A stretch of 43,455 bases of DNA from an uncultured Fibrobacterales bacterium (GCA_963934255.1 CAWVXU010000012.1:1-43455); one strand, 5' to 3'; numbered from the stretch's first letter, positions 9,466 to 18,646 are shown. Numbers and translations are program-made. Notes: generated from the letters alone by a model not told the origin.

Positions 9466-11046
9466 CTAGGCCTTCTTTGTAAATAAAAGACTCAATAAGC
9501 CTTCAATTTGAAAAGGAGTGATTCCAGAAGATGCGACAACTGTATCGCAGTAATTTTCTAGGATTTTTGCATCTTCGGGAGAGCGTGATGCAATGCCAAC
9601 AATATGTTTGTTTGGGTTGGCTTTTCTAATATATTTCAGTGCGTCTTCTTGTCCTGTATATCTGTATGCATTGACCGTGGATACCACAAGTACATCGGTA
9701 ATGACCCCGATGTCTCCGATGGAAATTATTTCTTCTGGGGTTGGAGCCCATGGCAATATGACTTCGCGTATTGGATTAGTAAAGCCTTGACCCTTGAGTG
9801 TCCATTTGAAACTCAAGTCATCGTAGAGATTGGTGGCATCACTCATGACAAGGCGAGCGGGATTACCCATGATAAAGCCAACACGGGTATCCTCTTCTAT
9901 TGTTATAGGGAAATTTGCTTTATCACCTTTGTGCCAAACGATACCCGCTTCAGCGATTTCTTTAGCGAGCTTATCGCCAGTGGCTTTATCAAAACCTTTA
10001 GTTGATGGAATATCACCAAAGCCTGGACGGCATTTTACTGCTAAGATTCGAGTCACTGCTTCGTTGATTCGACTTTCGGCAATTTGACCTTCATTGACTG
10101 ATTTTTCAATGAAGTCAACAAACCAACGTTTGGCGTTGGTTGAAATAAGTAGGTCAAGGCCAGCGTTAATACCTAAGATGAGAGACTCTTCATCACCAAA
10201 TTGATTTTGAATTGCACCCATAATAAGGTCATCTGAAATGATTAAGCCTTCATATTTCAATTCATTTCTGAGATAGCCGAGAACTTTAGGAGAAAGAGAA
10301 GCGGGTAATTCCTTGTCAAATGCTTCAAAAATACCATGGTGGGTCATGATGACATCAACACCGGCTGCAATTGCTTTTTTAAAAGGAACGAGTTCTACTT
10401 CACTGAGGCGGTCCATGTCGTATTCGATCACATCAACTTGATGATGAGTATCAATATCAGTTGGGCGCATTCCAGGGAAGTGTTTGCCACAGCCAGATAT
10501 GCCAGTGGATTGTAGGCCTTCAATATAAGCGGTGCCCATCTCTGCCACTATGGAAGGTTCGTCACTATACATGCGGTTATCAACAATTGGCTTGCCAAGT
10601 TTGTTGTCATAGGCGACATCAAGAACAGGAGCGTAAGAGACATTGATGCCGGCATACTTTAATTCGTTTCCAACATGTACACCTTGTTGTCTAGCAAACT
10701 CAATGTTTTTAGTGAAACCTAAAGATTGATTCCCTGGGAAAATAGTAGTGCCGCGAAAAAGAGCAGTTAACTGACCCCCTTCTTGGTCTAAAGAAATCAT
10801 GAGAGGAAGTCCCCATTTATTGTCCTTGGAGTATGATTGAATTTTCGTATTCATGTGATGAAGTTGCTCAACATTGTTTACATTGCGACCTGCAAAAAGT
10901 ATCATACCACCGAGTTCACTTTTCTGGTTCATTTCTTTAAGATCATCACTCAAATCATCGAAACCAGTGTATTCATGTAAAAACATCTGGCCGATTTTTT
11001 CTCTGAGATTCATGCTATCAAAAATTGCTTTTGGATCTAGTAACAT
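9466..11046 (-). CDS. GH3 glycosidase, NagZ-like two-domain, no signal peptide
   Basis: LREKIGQM, SLDQEGG, APVLDV, KHFPG...DTH, nucleophile region ISDDLIMGAI. Confidence 0.9.
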   Translation of the reverse strand: MLLDPKAIFDSMNLREKIGQMFLHEYTGFDDLSDDLKEMNQKSELGGMILFAGRNVNNVEQLHHMNTKIQSYSKDNKWGLPLMISLDQEGGQLTALFRGTTIFPGNQSLGFTKNIEFARQQGVHVGNELKYAGINVSYAPVLDVAYDNKLGKPIVDNRMYSDEPSIVAEMGTAYIEGLQSTGISGCGKHFPGMRPTDIDTHHQVDVIEYDMDRLSEVELVPFKKAIAAGVDVIMTHHGIFEAFDKELPASLSPKVLGYLRNELKYEGLIISDDLIMGAIQNQFGDEESLILGINAGLDLLISTNAKRWFVDFIEKSVNEGQIAESRINEAVTRILAVKCRPGFGDIPSTKGFDKATGDKLAKEIAEAGIVWHKGDKANFPITIEEDTRVGFIMGNPARLVMSDATNLYDDLSFKWTLKGQGFTNPIREVILPWAPTPEEIISIGDIGVITDVLVVSTVNAYRYTGQEDALKYIRKANPNKHIVGIASRSPEDAKILENYCDTVVASSGITPFQIEGLLSLLFTKKA

Positions 11047-11061
11047 TTTGACGTTCCTTTC

Positions 11062-11712
11062 TTAGGACTGCGGAGCAAATATAAGTTTGCCAAACTGGTC
11101 TGGACGATGATAGTCCGGGTTTTCTGTAATAATTGGATTCCATGATGCATATTGAGGTTCAATATTACCTCCGCATCGGAAAAAGTTTGCCCACCAATAA
11201 TCGCTCAAGCTGAGTTCTTCACCCGACCAACTTTGGATCATTTCAAGATTGATTTCAAAATCTACTGACCAGGATTCATCATAAGGTGTTTCGATTTTAG
11301 AAGTAGCTTTAATTTGTGGTTCAACATTGAGACTAGCCGCTTGTTGAGGAGTGCTAAGGATGCGAGTATTTCTATCGGGCCCATAAGCTAGATGAGGAGT
11401 CCCAATACAATTGACTTCCGCATTAAAATAGATTGAATCGCGCTCTTTTCTCGGAGAAAAGAAAAACTCTACACATGAGTCATTACAAACATCGGTATTT
11501 AACTCAGTTCTAGAAGCAAAACTATAGTTATCCGATGCCAGGATATGAAGCCATAATGTTTGGCCGTTGTGGGCTAGGAAGATTTGAGTATCTTGTTTTT
11601 TACCTGATTCATACCAAGGGTATTCTTGAATCTTAATTGGAGTCACTATACTCCAATCGTTAGGTTTTATAATCGAAAACGCTATGGTGTGCTCATAAAA
11701 TTTAAATTCCAT
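11062..11712 (-). CDS. Carbohydrate-binding family 9-like (CBM9-like/DOMON-like) protein
   Basis: NDSCVEFF, YFNAEVNCIG, WWANFFRCG, PDYHRPDQFGKL. ATG overlaps the upstream TAA (TAATG). Confidence 0.8.
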   Translation of the reverse strand: MEFKFYEHTIAFSIIKPNDWSIVTPIKIQEYPWYESGKKQDTQIFLAHNGQTLWLHILASDNYSFASRTELNTDVCNDSCVEFFFSPRKERDSIYFNAEVNCIGTPHLAYGPDRNTRILSTPQQAASLNVEPQIKATSKIETPYDESWSVDFEINLEMIQSWSGEELSLSDYWWANFFRCGGNIEPQYASWNPIITENPDYHRPDQFGKLIFAPQS

Positions 11713-13067
11713 TAAATACACTCCGCTAGGATCTCTTTGAGTTCATTCATTAATATTTGAGCTCGTTGTGAGTCAACAGATTCTGCAGTCAGTCGAACAA
11801 TCGGCTCAGTATTTGAAGCTCTTAAATGACACCATGATTTGTCAGCAAAATCACCGCGTAAACCATCAACTTCATTCCACTCTGCTTCTAGCCATTTTGA
11901 TTTAAATGCATCAAAAGCAACTTTAAGTTTTTCAGGTGGAAATTGGTATTTGGACTTCAACATTGTCGGTAGAGGGTGGTGAAGTGAAAAATCAGAGATA
12001 TGTTTGTTTTGCCAAGTCATCCACATCAGTGTGAGTGCCGCTGCAATCATCCCATCTCGACAAGGTTGGAGTGAAGTCAGCATAACTCCTCCATTTCCTT
12101 CTCCACCAATAGGTGCATTAATAGCAGTCAAAACCAGAGAAACATTGCGTTCACCAACGGCTGCATAATGACATTTTTGACCGTATTTTGCAGCTATAAA
12201 AGAAAGAGCAGCTGAAGTCGATAAATTACACACAACTGGTCCAGGTTCATGAGCTAAAACGTAGTCTGCACAAAGTGGAAGAGTTTGTTCTTCACCCATA
12301 GGTTGTCCATTTTCATCCACCAATGAACAACGATCACCGTCAGGATCGAGTGCAAAACCCAAATCACACTTTTCTTTTATTACTAGCTCACAAAGGTCTT
12401 GCAGGGCATCGTTAGTCGGTTCAGGTGCTCGACCAAAATTACCTGTTGGCTCTTCGTGGACCGAGAAAACTTCACAATTGAGTTGTTCAAGCATTGCACG
12501 CATGGATTCGCCACCAGCGCCGTTGACAGGGTCAATTGCGACGCGAAATTTTTTGGCTTTTAGCTGAGATACATTAATCAATTCCTGGTTAAAAATACCA
12601 TTAATATGTCGTTGGTAAGTCAAACCCTCATCACTAGAAGGCTTGATGTTCCAAGGAGCTGGAGGCCATGGTTTTTGATCTTCAGCATCGAGAAGTTCTA
12701 GGTATCGAGCGACTAGCTCCGGCCCAATAAAACGTCCCTCTTGATCTACTAATTTTAATGCGTTCCATTGAAGCGGATTGTGTGATGCACTGATCATGAT
12801 ACCTGCATCAGCATGAGAGATCGCAGTGAGATATTCGAGTGTAGGGGTCGTAACAATTCCGAGCATTTGACATTCAACTCCAAGCCACTGGCAAGTTGAT
12901 GATATGATTTGTTCAAACGCATATCCACTTTCTCGAGAATCACGACCGACTAAAATTGATTTAGCGCCCATCAGCTCAAGAAAAACTTTGGTATAGTGAG
13001 AAAGAACATCTGGTGTCCAGTCTTCTCCAATTAATCCTCGGATACCCGAGATTGAGCGCATTAACAT
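11712..13067 (-). CDS. glmM: Alpha-D-phosphohexomutase (GlmM/PGM-PMM family)
   Basis: SGIRG, phosphoserine motif SASHNP, metal loop DPDGDR, GGEGNGG, RASNTEP; GAGGAGG SD. Exact substrate uncertain. Confidence 0.85.
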   Translation of the reverse strand: MLMRSISGIRGLIGEDWTPDVLSHYTKVFLELMGAKSILVGRDSRESGYAFEQIISSTCQWLGVECQMLGIVTTPTLEYLTAISHADAGIMISASHNPLQWNALKLVDQEGRFIGPELVARYLELLDAEDQKPWPPAPWNIKPSSDEGLTYQRHINGIFNQELINVSQLKAKKFRVAIDPVNGAGGESMRAMLEQLNCEVFSVHEEPTGNFGRAPEPTNDALQDLCELVIKEKCDLGFALDPDGDRCSLVDENGQPMGEEQTLPLCADYVLAHEPGPVVCNLSTSAALSFIAAKYGQKCHYAAVGERNVSLVLTAINAPIGGEGNGGVMLTSLQPCRDGMIAAALTLMWMTWQNKHISDFSLHHPLPTMLKSKYQFPPEKLKVAFDAFKSKWLEAEWNEVDGLRGDFADKSWCHLRASNTEPIVRLTAESVDSQRAQILMNELKEILAECI

Positions 13068-13203
13068 ATTGTTGACCTCCTCACCCTATTTTAAATAATT
13101 TCAGGAATTAAGAGCTAAAAAAAACACATTTCTCGAAAATAATCCTTTAAAGTTCATAAAAGATTTGTTAAGTTTGTCCCACCAAAATCAATGGAGTGAA
13201 ATT

Positions 13204-13425
13204 ATGAGCCGTATTTGTCAAGTTACTGGAAAAACTGGCCTTGTTGGACACAGTGTGTCTCACTCTCAACGTAAAACTTTGAGAAGACAACAGCCAAACC
13301 TACACACTAAACGTTTCTTCATCCCTGAAGAAAACCGCTGGGTGAAGCTAAAAGTTTCTGCAGCTGGTATGCGTACCATCAATAAAAAAGGTATCCAGGC
13401 AGTCGCTTCTGAACTTGGTCTTTAA
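13204..13425 (+). CDS. rpmB: 50S ribosomal protein L28
   Basis: MSRICQVTGK...VSHS...RRQQPNL...KVSAAGMRTI; ATG 13204 follows GGAG. Confidence 0.96.
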   Translation: MSRICQVTGKTGLVGHSVSHSQRKTLRRQQPNLHTKRFFIPEENRWVKLKVSAAGMRTINKKGIQAVASELGL

Positions 13426-13434
13426 TATTGAATC

Positions 13435-13526
13435 AAGATAGTCGAAGAGCTTATTCGACTATTTTATAGTAAAAATTTAGTATAACTTAAAAATTTGCAC
13501 AGACCTATTTGGATTTGTGCTTTTTT
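13435..13526 (+). terminator. Two hairpins with T tracts after rpmB
   Basis: ATAGTCGAA..TTCGACTATTTT (13435-13465) and GCACAGA..TTTGTGCTTTTTT (13497-13526). Confidence 0.6.
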
Positions 13527-13654
13527 CGTTTTTTAACCTAAAACTTGAGCGTAAGTTTTTTATAAGCTTGATATAACCTTTTTATAAGCCCCTTGGCCGG
13601 TTGAATTTTTTCAGAATGAAGTATGTTAAAATCAGGGTCTTACAGGCGGGCTAG

Positions 13655-14848
13655 TTGAGTCGGGATATGATGAAAAAAAACGAAAATAATCCTTTAGAAG
13701 GGATTGAGTTTGTCGATGCACTGGAAGACACCGACAATCAGTTGGGTCCTCCCGGGGACATTGAGGTACCTGATGTCGGAGTCAAGCCCCAAGAAGCAAT
13801 CATGTCTAGAAACCTTGAACTTGAAGATAGGTTGGATAATCTTGAAATTGAAGGTCTAGTAATTCAGGCTGGCTCTGAGTACTCCAACTCTATATCCCAG
13901 GTTTCACCTGCAGATCGAGGCGTCACTTATAAAGACGCTAAAGTTGATGAATGGGATGTTTTCTATGATCGGGCTAAGAGTATTTTTACAGAGCTCAAGA
14001 CGAAACATTACGTTTCTGGTGATTCAATTAAGTCTATAATAGGTTCATTTTTAGATATATTTTCAGTCGATCGAAATATTTTACTCACACTATCTCAACT
14101 TCCTAATTCAAGAGTATACAATCCATCTGAGCATGCGATGAAAGTTTCGATTTTATCTCTTTGTATCGGAACAGCGATGGGTTACGATAAAAACCAACTG
14201 ATTGAATTGGGCATGTGCGCCTTCGCTTCTTCCTTAGGTATGGTCTTTATGGATGATATTTATCTATCCACCAAGCCATTAAATAAAGAGCAACAACTTA
14301 GATTGAGAAGCCATCCGATGGTGGGGGCAAATATTGTAGACTCGACTCGAGGAATGCCAATGGTAGCAAGTCTTGTCGTTTATCAAATTCATGAAAGAGA
14401 AGATGGATTGGGCTATCCTAAGCAACGCAAGGGTCGGTTCATTCATCAGTACGCGAAGATTATTGCAGTGGCTGATGTTTTTCAAGCATTGTGTAGCCCA
14501 AGAGCACATAGGCCGAGCTTTAAGCCGTTTGAGGCAATGACTCGTGTCTTATCCATGGTCAAGATAGGACATCTCGCAGTTGAGGTTGTGAAACCTTTTA
14601 TGCGATATACCTCTCTCTACCCTATCGGCTCATTGGTGAGGCTTGCTGATCAAAAAATAGCCAGGGTGATTGCAGCTAACCAAGAGCAAGTTAAATCGCC
14701 GGTTGTCTCAGTTATTTACGATAGTCATGATACCCTTCTTAAAGATGAAGCAATTTACCAGATTGATTTAAGCCAAGAACTTAAACACCAAATTATTGCA
14801 ACGCTCAGAGAGAGCGATGTCAATACGAGTAAACTCAAGGGTCTTTAA
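13655..14848 (+). CDS. HD-GYP domain protein with degenerate HD motif
   Basis: HEREDGLGYP, AKIIAVADVF, RAHR, YPIGSLVRL; the expected HD position reads SS. Start may be ATG 13667. Confidence 0.88.
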   Translation: MSRDMMKKNENNPLEGIEFVDALEDTDNQLGPPGDIEVPDVGVKPQEAIMSRNLELEDRLDNLEIEGLVIQAGSEYSNSISQVSPADRGVTYKDAKVDEWDVFYDRAKSIFTELKTKHYVSGDSIKSIIGSFLDIFSVDRNILLTLSQLPNSRVYNPSEHAMKVSILSLCIGTAMGYDKNQLIELGMCAFASSLGMVFMDDIYLSTKPLNKEQQLRLRSHPMVGANIVDSTRGMPMVASLVVYQIHEREDGLGYPKQRKGRFIHQYAKIIAVADVFQALCSPRAHRPSFKPFEAMTRVLSMVKIGHLAVEVVKPFMRYTSLYPIGSLVRLADQKIARVIAANQEQVKSPVVSVIYDSHDTLLKDEAIYQIDLSQELKHQIIATLRESDVNTSKLKGL

Positions 14849-14853
14849 GTAGA

Positions 14854-15495
14854 CTAAATTGTTTTCAGAAACATGGGGGAACCGATTGCCTTTTCTGCTG
14901 CTTGTATAAAGGTCCCCATTTCTAAATCTTCAGGTAAAAATTGTTTTCTCACTAAAGACACAAAAACATCACGCAGGATTTCACAGTCATAGAGTGCTCT
15001 ATGGAGTGCTTCATCATCCAGCTCAATAGTCAGTTCACGACGAAATCTTTTAGCTAGAACACCAAGTTTGTGTACTTTGGCCTCCGGTAAAATTTTTCGA
15101 GACATGAGTAGTGAATCCATAATTGGATTTTGTGGTATCACCATCTGACCCTCAACTAAAGTTCTTTTCAGAAATCTCGCATCAAATATTGCATTATGAG
15201 CAATCAGTATGGTGCTTTGCCCACAAAAGCGAGTAAATTCGGGGAGAATTTCGGCAGCAGAGGGGGCATCTTCAAGCATCGAGTCGGTGATTCCATTAAT
15301 TCGTGAAGTCTCTTCAGGCATGTGCATGTTAGGTTTAACAAAGCTTTCAAAAGTCCCAAGATTCTTGGCAATAATTTTTTTACCATCTATTTCAAGAGTA
15401 AATTTTACTCCTGCAATTTCTACAATTTCATTTTTGGTGTAATCAAGACCGGTGGTCTCAAGGTCAAACGCAACAAAACTAGCAAGTGGTCCCAT
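14854..15495 (-). CDS. DEDDh 3'-5' exonuclease (DnaQ/Pol III epsilon-like)
   Basis: ExoI FDLETTG, ExoII AHNAIFD, ExoIII HRALYD; GAGGAG SD. Confidence 0.92.
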   Translation of the reverse strand: MGPLASFVAFDLETTGLDYTKNEIVEIAGVKFTLEIDGKKIIAKNLGTFESFVKPNMHMPEETSRINGITDSMLEDAPSAAEILPEFTRFCGQSTILIAHNAIFDARFLKRTLVEGQMVIPQNPIMDSLLMSRKILPEAKVHKLGVLAKRFRRELTIELDDEALHRALYDCEILRDVFVSLVRKQFLPEDLEMGTFIQAAEKAIGSPMFLKTI

Positions 15496-15519
15496 AATTT
15501 CTCCTCAGCTTATATCAAT

Positions 15520-16041
15520 CTAGATATTATCACCTTCATCTTGCAATTCAAATCCAATTTGAATTTTTGAAAAAGGCAGAGGCCAAGCCATTTGGTCCCA
15601 AGTGTTAAGACGTATTAGCCGTGTATAATGGACTCGGGTGATATAAAATGGCGTAGATGTTTTGTCGGCAACCCATTGAGTGCCAGGTTTAGCTTGTTTT
15701 CGAGGGCCTTTGGGACCATCTAGAGCCATAGTAAGGTTCTTGCCTGCCTCAACTCCGATGAGACAGGAACGGATAGATATGGCTCCATTTGATGAGCTAC
15801 CGCGAAATACGGTGAAACCAAGATGCTGAAAAAAATAAGTAAGAAGTTGGCCATCTTGTGAGAGAGAAACTTGAGCTAAATAATTTTGATGCGACAGTTT
15901 TTTGAGTAAAACAGGAAGATCTTCATGCCAAGTACCCATGATATGATGTTCAATGGGGATGGGTGCATAGTCAATTGACCAAGTTGAAGATAAGCATCGA
16001 TAGATCCAGTAAGAGATCAAGTGGATTAACTTAATTATCAT
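15520..16041 (-). CDS. DUF374 / lysophospholipid acyltransferase-like protein
   Basis: TWH, VSLSQDG, RGSSS, ALDGPKGP, LNTWDQMAWPLPFS. ATG 16041 overlaps the upstream TGA (ATGA). Confidence 0.85.
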   Translation of the reverse strand: MIIKLIHLISYWIYRCLSSTWSIDYAPIPIEHHIMGTWHEDLPVLLKKLSHQNYLAQVSLSQDGQLLTYFFQHLGFTVFRGSSSNGAISIRSCLIGVEAGKNLTMALDGPKGPRKQAKPGTQWVADKTSTPFYITRVHYTRLIRLNTWDQMAWPLPFSKIQIGFELQDEGDNI

Positions 16042-16322
16042 GTGATTAAGTCGTGATCCAAACGGCTCAAAAATACTTCTCTTTGATGGTCGTTGCGGTG
16101 ATCTGGGCAATATTTGGGGTAAATTATTTGCCGGGGAACTAAGATTATTTCAAACTGTGCCATACATCCCTGAAGCTTACAAGTTTGGGGACGTGGCATT
16201 GGCACTTTGAAATTGTGGGGAACAATTTGATTTTCAAGCTGAACCCTTTTAAGGTGTTCGCTTGTTTTGCCATCCCTTAGGGTTTGCACGATGGAGTGTT
16301 CAATATCCAAGTCACGACTCAA
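16038..16322 (-). CDS. Small hypothetical protein with C-x4-C-x18-C-x2-H motif
   Basis: Overlaps both neighbours by 4 nt; CKLQGC...YCPDH. Confidence 0.7.
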   Translation of the reverse strand: MSRDLDIEHSIVQTLRDGKTSEHLKRVQLENQIVPHNFKVPMPRPQTCKLQGCMAQFEIILVPRQIIYPKYCPDHRNDHQREVFLSRLDHDLIT

Positions 16323-17047
16323 AAGTTATCCTGACAGCTAGTTTTGATATAATTGATGATTTTGTTTTTCATCAAAGAGATAGGTAAAGAATATTTTTGA
16401 GCCAACTTCGATGCGTTTGATTTTAAGGATTTGGCTGCTTCACATTGAATATCTTCTTGGAGATTGGATTGAACGCTATTGTTTGCTTCAGGCACGTTTG
16501 TTTTTGCGCTAGAGTTTTTTATGGCGGCGGCTAAGGCATTGTTGATGATAAGTTTTAAATCGTGTTTGGCTGGGTCATAACCCGTTTGTGCTAGAACGAC
16601 TTTACCCTGAGGGTCGATACCGTAGAGCGCCGGCACAGAGCAGGAGCTACCTTTGCAGACCTTGTACTTTTTAGCGGTAGTTTGGTACTGATCAAGTAAG
16701 ACTGTACCTTTGATACCAAACTTACCTAGAAATGACTTTACTTTTCCGATTTCATTTTTTGTATTAAGATTAATAAATACTAGACGAATATCAGGATTCG
16801 CTTCGGCAATTTGTTCAAGTTCTGGCATTTCCTTACGACATGGAATGCAACTTGTAGACCAAAAGCTTAAAATGTTGAGTTTGGGGTCTTTCGGTGTTTG
16901 ATTGGTAAAGTAAGTTTTGTATCCCTGCCGTTGATTGTTGATATCACTTATGTAGAACTTCTCAGCTAAAGATCCAATAGGAAGTAGATTCGATGCAAAG
17001 CTGAGTGTGAAGAATGTGAGCGAAAGTATTAGGTATTGAGTCATCAT
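16319..17047 (-). CDS. TlpA/ResA-like exported thiol-disulfide oxidoreductase
   Basis: Signal peptide; FWSTSCIPCRKEMPEL (CxxC); cis-Pro loop SVP. Confidence 0.9.
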   Translation of the reverse strand: MMTQYLILSLTFFTLSFASNLLPIGSLAEKFYISDINNQRQGYKTYFTNQTPKDPKLNILSFWSTSCIPCRKEMPELEQIAEANPDIRLVFINLNTKNEIGKVKSFLGKFGIKGTVLLDQYQTTAKKYKVCKGSSCSVPALYGIDPQGKVVLAQTGYDPAKHDLKLIINNALAAAIKNSSAKTNVPEANNSVQSNLQEDIQCEAAKSLKSNASKLAQKYSLPISLMKNKIINYIKTSCQDNF

Positions 17048-17100
17048 AGTTTTTTTGCTTTATTATATTTGTTGTAAAAATAGGAAAGGAAAAACTTAAA

Positions 17101-17715
17101 ATGCCTGATTTTCAAATGATTTGGTTAAGTATTCCCATTATTTCAGCCACTATTGGCTGGTTCACTAATTATATCGCTGTTAAGATGCTTCTACACCCAG
17201 TTGAGCCCATTCGATTCCTTGGCCTGACGATACAAGGAGTTATCCCTAAACGCCATAATGATTTGGCTGAAAAGATCGCAGAAGCTATCACAGCCGACTT
17301 TTTGACTGAAGAGGATCTAGCGAAGTTGATTGCATCGGTGGATATGAAGCCGATGCTTGAATCGCTGATTCGTCGCAAATGGGATGAAAAAATTGATGAT
17401 ATTTTGGGTGCGATGCCGATGATTCAAATGTTTTTACCTCCAGATAAGCTAGAGGCTATTCGCGAGCGCCTTATCGTTGCCTTTACGGAAGATTCAGAAC
17501 AAGCTGCTGAAGCAATTGCCCAGAGTTTAACAGGTCAAATTGATTTAAGCGCAATTATACATAAGAATGTGATGGATTTTGACCTAGCTAAGATTGAGGC
17601 TATTGTCGAAAAAATAGCTGAAAAAGAATTTAGATTCGTTGAAAGACTAGGCGGATTAATTGGATTTGTTATTGGTGTACTACAAATTTTACTTCTTTGG
17701 TTAATGCCAAGATAA
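17101..17715 (+). CDS. DUF445 family membrane protein
   Basis: IGWFTNYIAVKML, QGVIPKR, C-terminal GGLIGFVIG. Confidence 0.88.
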   Translation: MPDFQMIWLSIPIISATIGWFTNYIAVKMLLHPVEPIRFLGLTIQGVIPKRHNDLAEKIAEAITADFLTEEDLAKLIASVDMKPMLESLIRRKWDEKIDDILGAMPMIQMFLPPDKLEAIRERLIVAFTEDSEQAAEAIAQSLTGQIDLSAIIHKNVMDFDLAKIEAIVEKIAEKEFRFVERLGGLIGFVIGVLQILLLWLMPR

Positions 17716-17757
17716 ATCTCTTGGACTTTGTTTTCAATTTATTACCTTTGGCCTAAC

Positions 17758-17830
17758 GGCGACATAGCCAAGTTGGTAAGGCAGTGGTCTGCAAAACCTC
17801 TATGCCCCAGTTCGAATCTGGGTGTCGCCT
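17758..17830 (+). tRNA. tRNA-Cys (GCA), CCA not encoded
   Basis: GGCGACA/TGTCGCC acceptor stem, U73 discriminator, anticodon loop CT-GCA-AA, CCCAGTTCGAATCTGGG T-arm. Confidence 0.96.
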
Positions 17831-17834
17831 CTTT

Positions 17835-17865
17835 AAAACCTCAACTCTTAGAGTTGAGGTTTTTT
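17835..17865 (+). terminator. Intrinsic terminator after tRNA-Cys
   Basis: AAAACCTCAACTC-TTA-GAGTTGAGGTTTTTT. Confidence 0.88.
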
Positions 17866-18038
17866 CTTTGTATACCCCACAGTTTGCTGTTTAAGGGATA
17901 CTGGTATCTGTTTCCAATTATCATTTATAACATTGCTTTAAAGTAGATATCAGCTTGTATCAATTTTAAGCAACGTCAGGAGTTCTGCTGAGTTTACCTT
18001 TAGTCTATGTTAATAGCAATAGGTTGTATATGGGCGAC

Positions 18039-18068
18039 AAAAAAAAGGTCAACTCAATGAGCTGACCT
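18039..18068 (-). terminator. Intrinsic terminator of the PEGA gene
   Basis: Minus strand AGGTCAGCTC-ATT-GAGTTGACC followed by a T run. Confidence 0.85.
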
Positions 18069-18094
18069 AGATTGCTTTTATTCAAAGGAAAAAC

Positions 18095-18646
18095 TTATTT
18101 TATAATATTTTTGCCGATGGTCACTTTTCTTTTTTTCACGTCAAAGTGAACTAAAGTCGTTTTTTCACCTTCCACCTTAATAACTTCCTCAAGCTTGCGT
18201 CTCATGCATTGAGCTTGAACGACGTGGTCACCCGCTCCAAGACTGTTAATTTTTAGTGCGGCTCCATCAGTACCTGATGCGTGCTCACCATCAATATAAA
18301 TAGTACATTTAGAAGGATTAGTAGTTACAGACACAGTACCAAAAGGCATAATTGTTTTGCCTTCATAGGTGTTGACTTTATTAGCCCAAACATTAAAGCG
18401 AACAGCAATAAGCTCTTGCTCTTGATCTAGTACAGTCAAATCATGACGCCCTGAACGGAATTTAAGATTTTTAATTGGAGATTTACCAATTTCTTCACCA
18501 TCAAGGTAAACTGTTGAGCCTGCAGGTTTTAAAATAATGTTTACAGTACCTTCTCCGCCACGCTCAGGAATTGCTTCTTCTTCAGCAAAAACACTTTGAA
18601 CTGAAACTATTGCCATAAGAATGGCTACTTTTAATAGAGTTTTCAT
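18095..18646 (-). CDS. Secreted protein with two PEGA domains
   Basis: Signal peptide; repeats GTVNIILKPAGSTVYLDGEEIGKSP and GTVSVTTNPSKCTIYIDGE, each followed by G-x-H. Confidence 0.85.
   Translation of the reverse strand: MKTLLKVAILMAIVSVQSVFAEEEAIPERGGEGTVNIILKPAGSTVYLDGEEIGKSPIKNLKFRSGRHDLTVLDQEQELIAVRFNVWANKVNTYEGKTIMPFGTVSVTTNPSKCTIYIDGEHASGTDGAALKINSLGAGDHVVQAQCMRRKLEEVIKVEGEKTTLVHFDVKKRKVTIGKNIIK

Noticed and set aside
17728..17946. 72-aa ORF on the plus strand
   Set aside because: It overlaps tRNA-Cys and its terminator.
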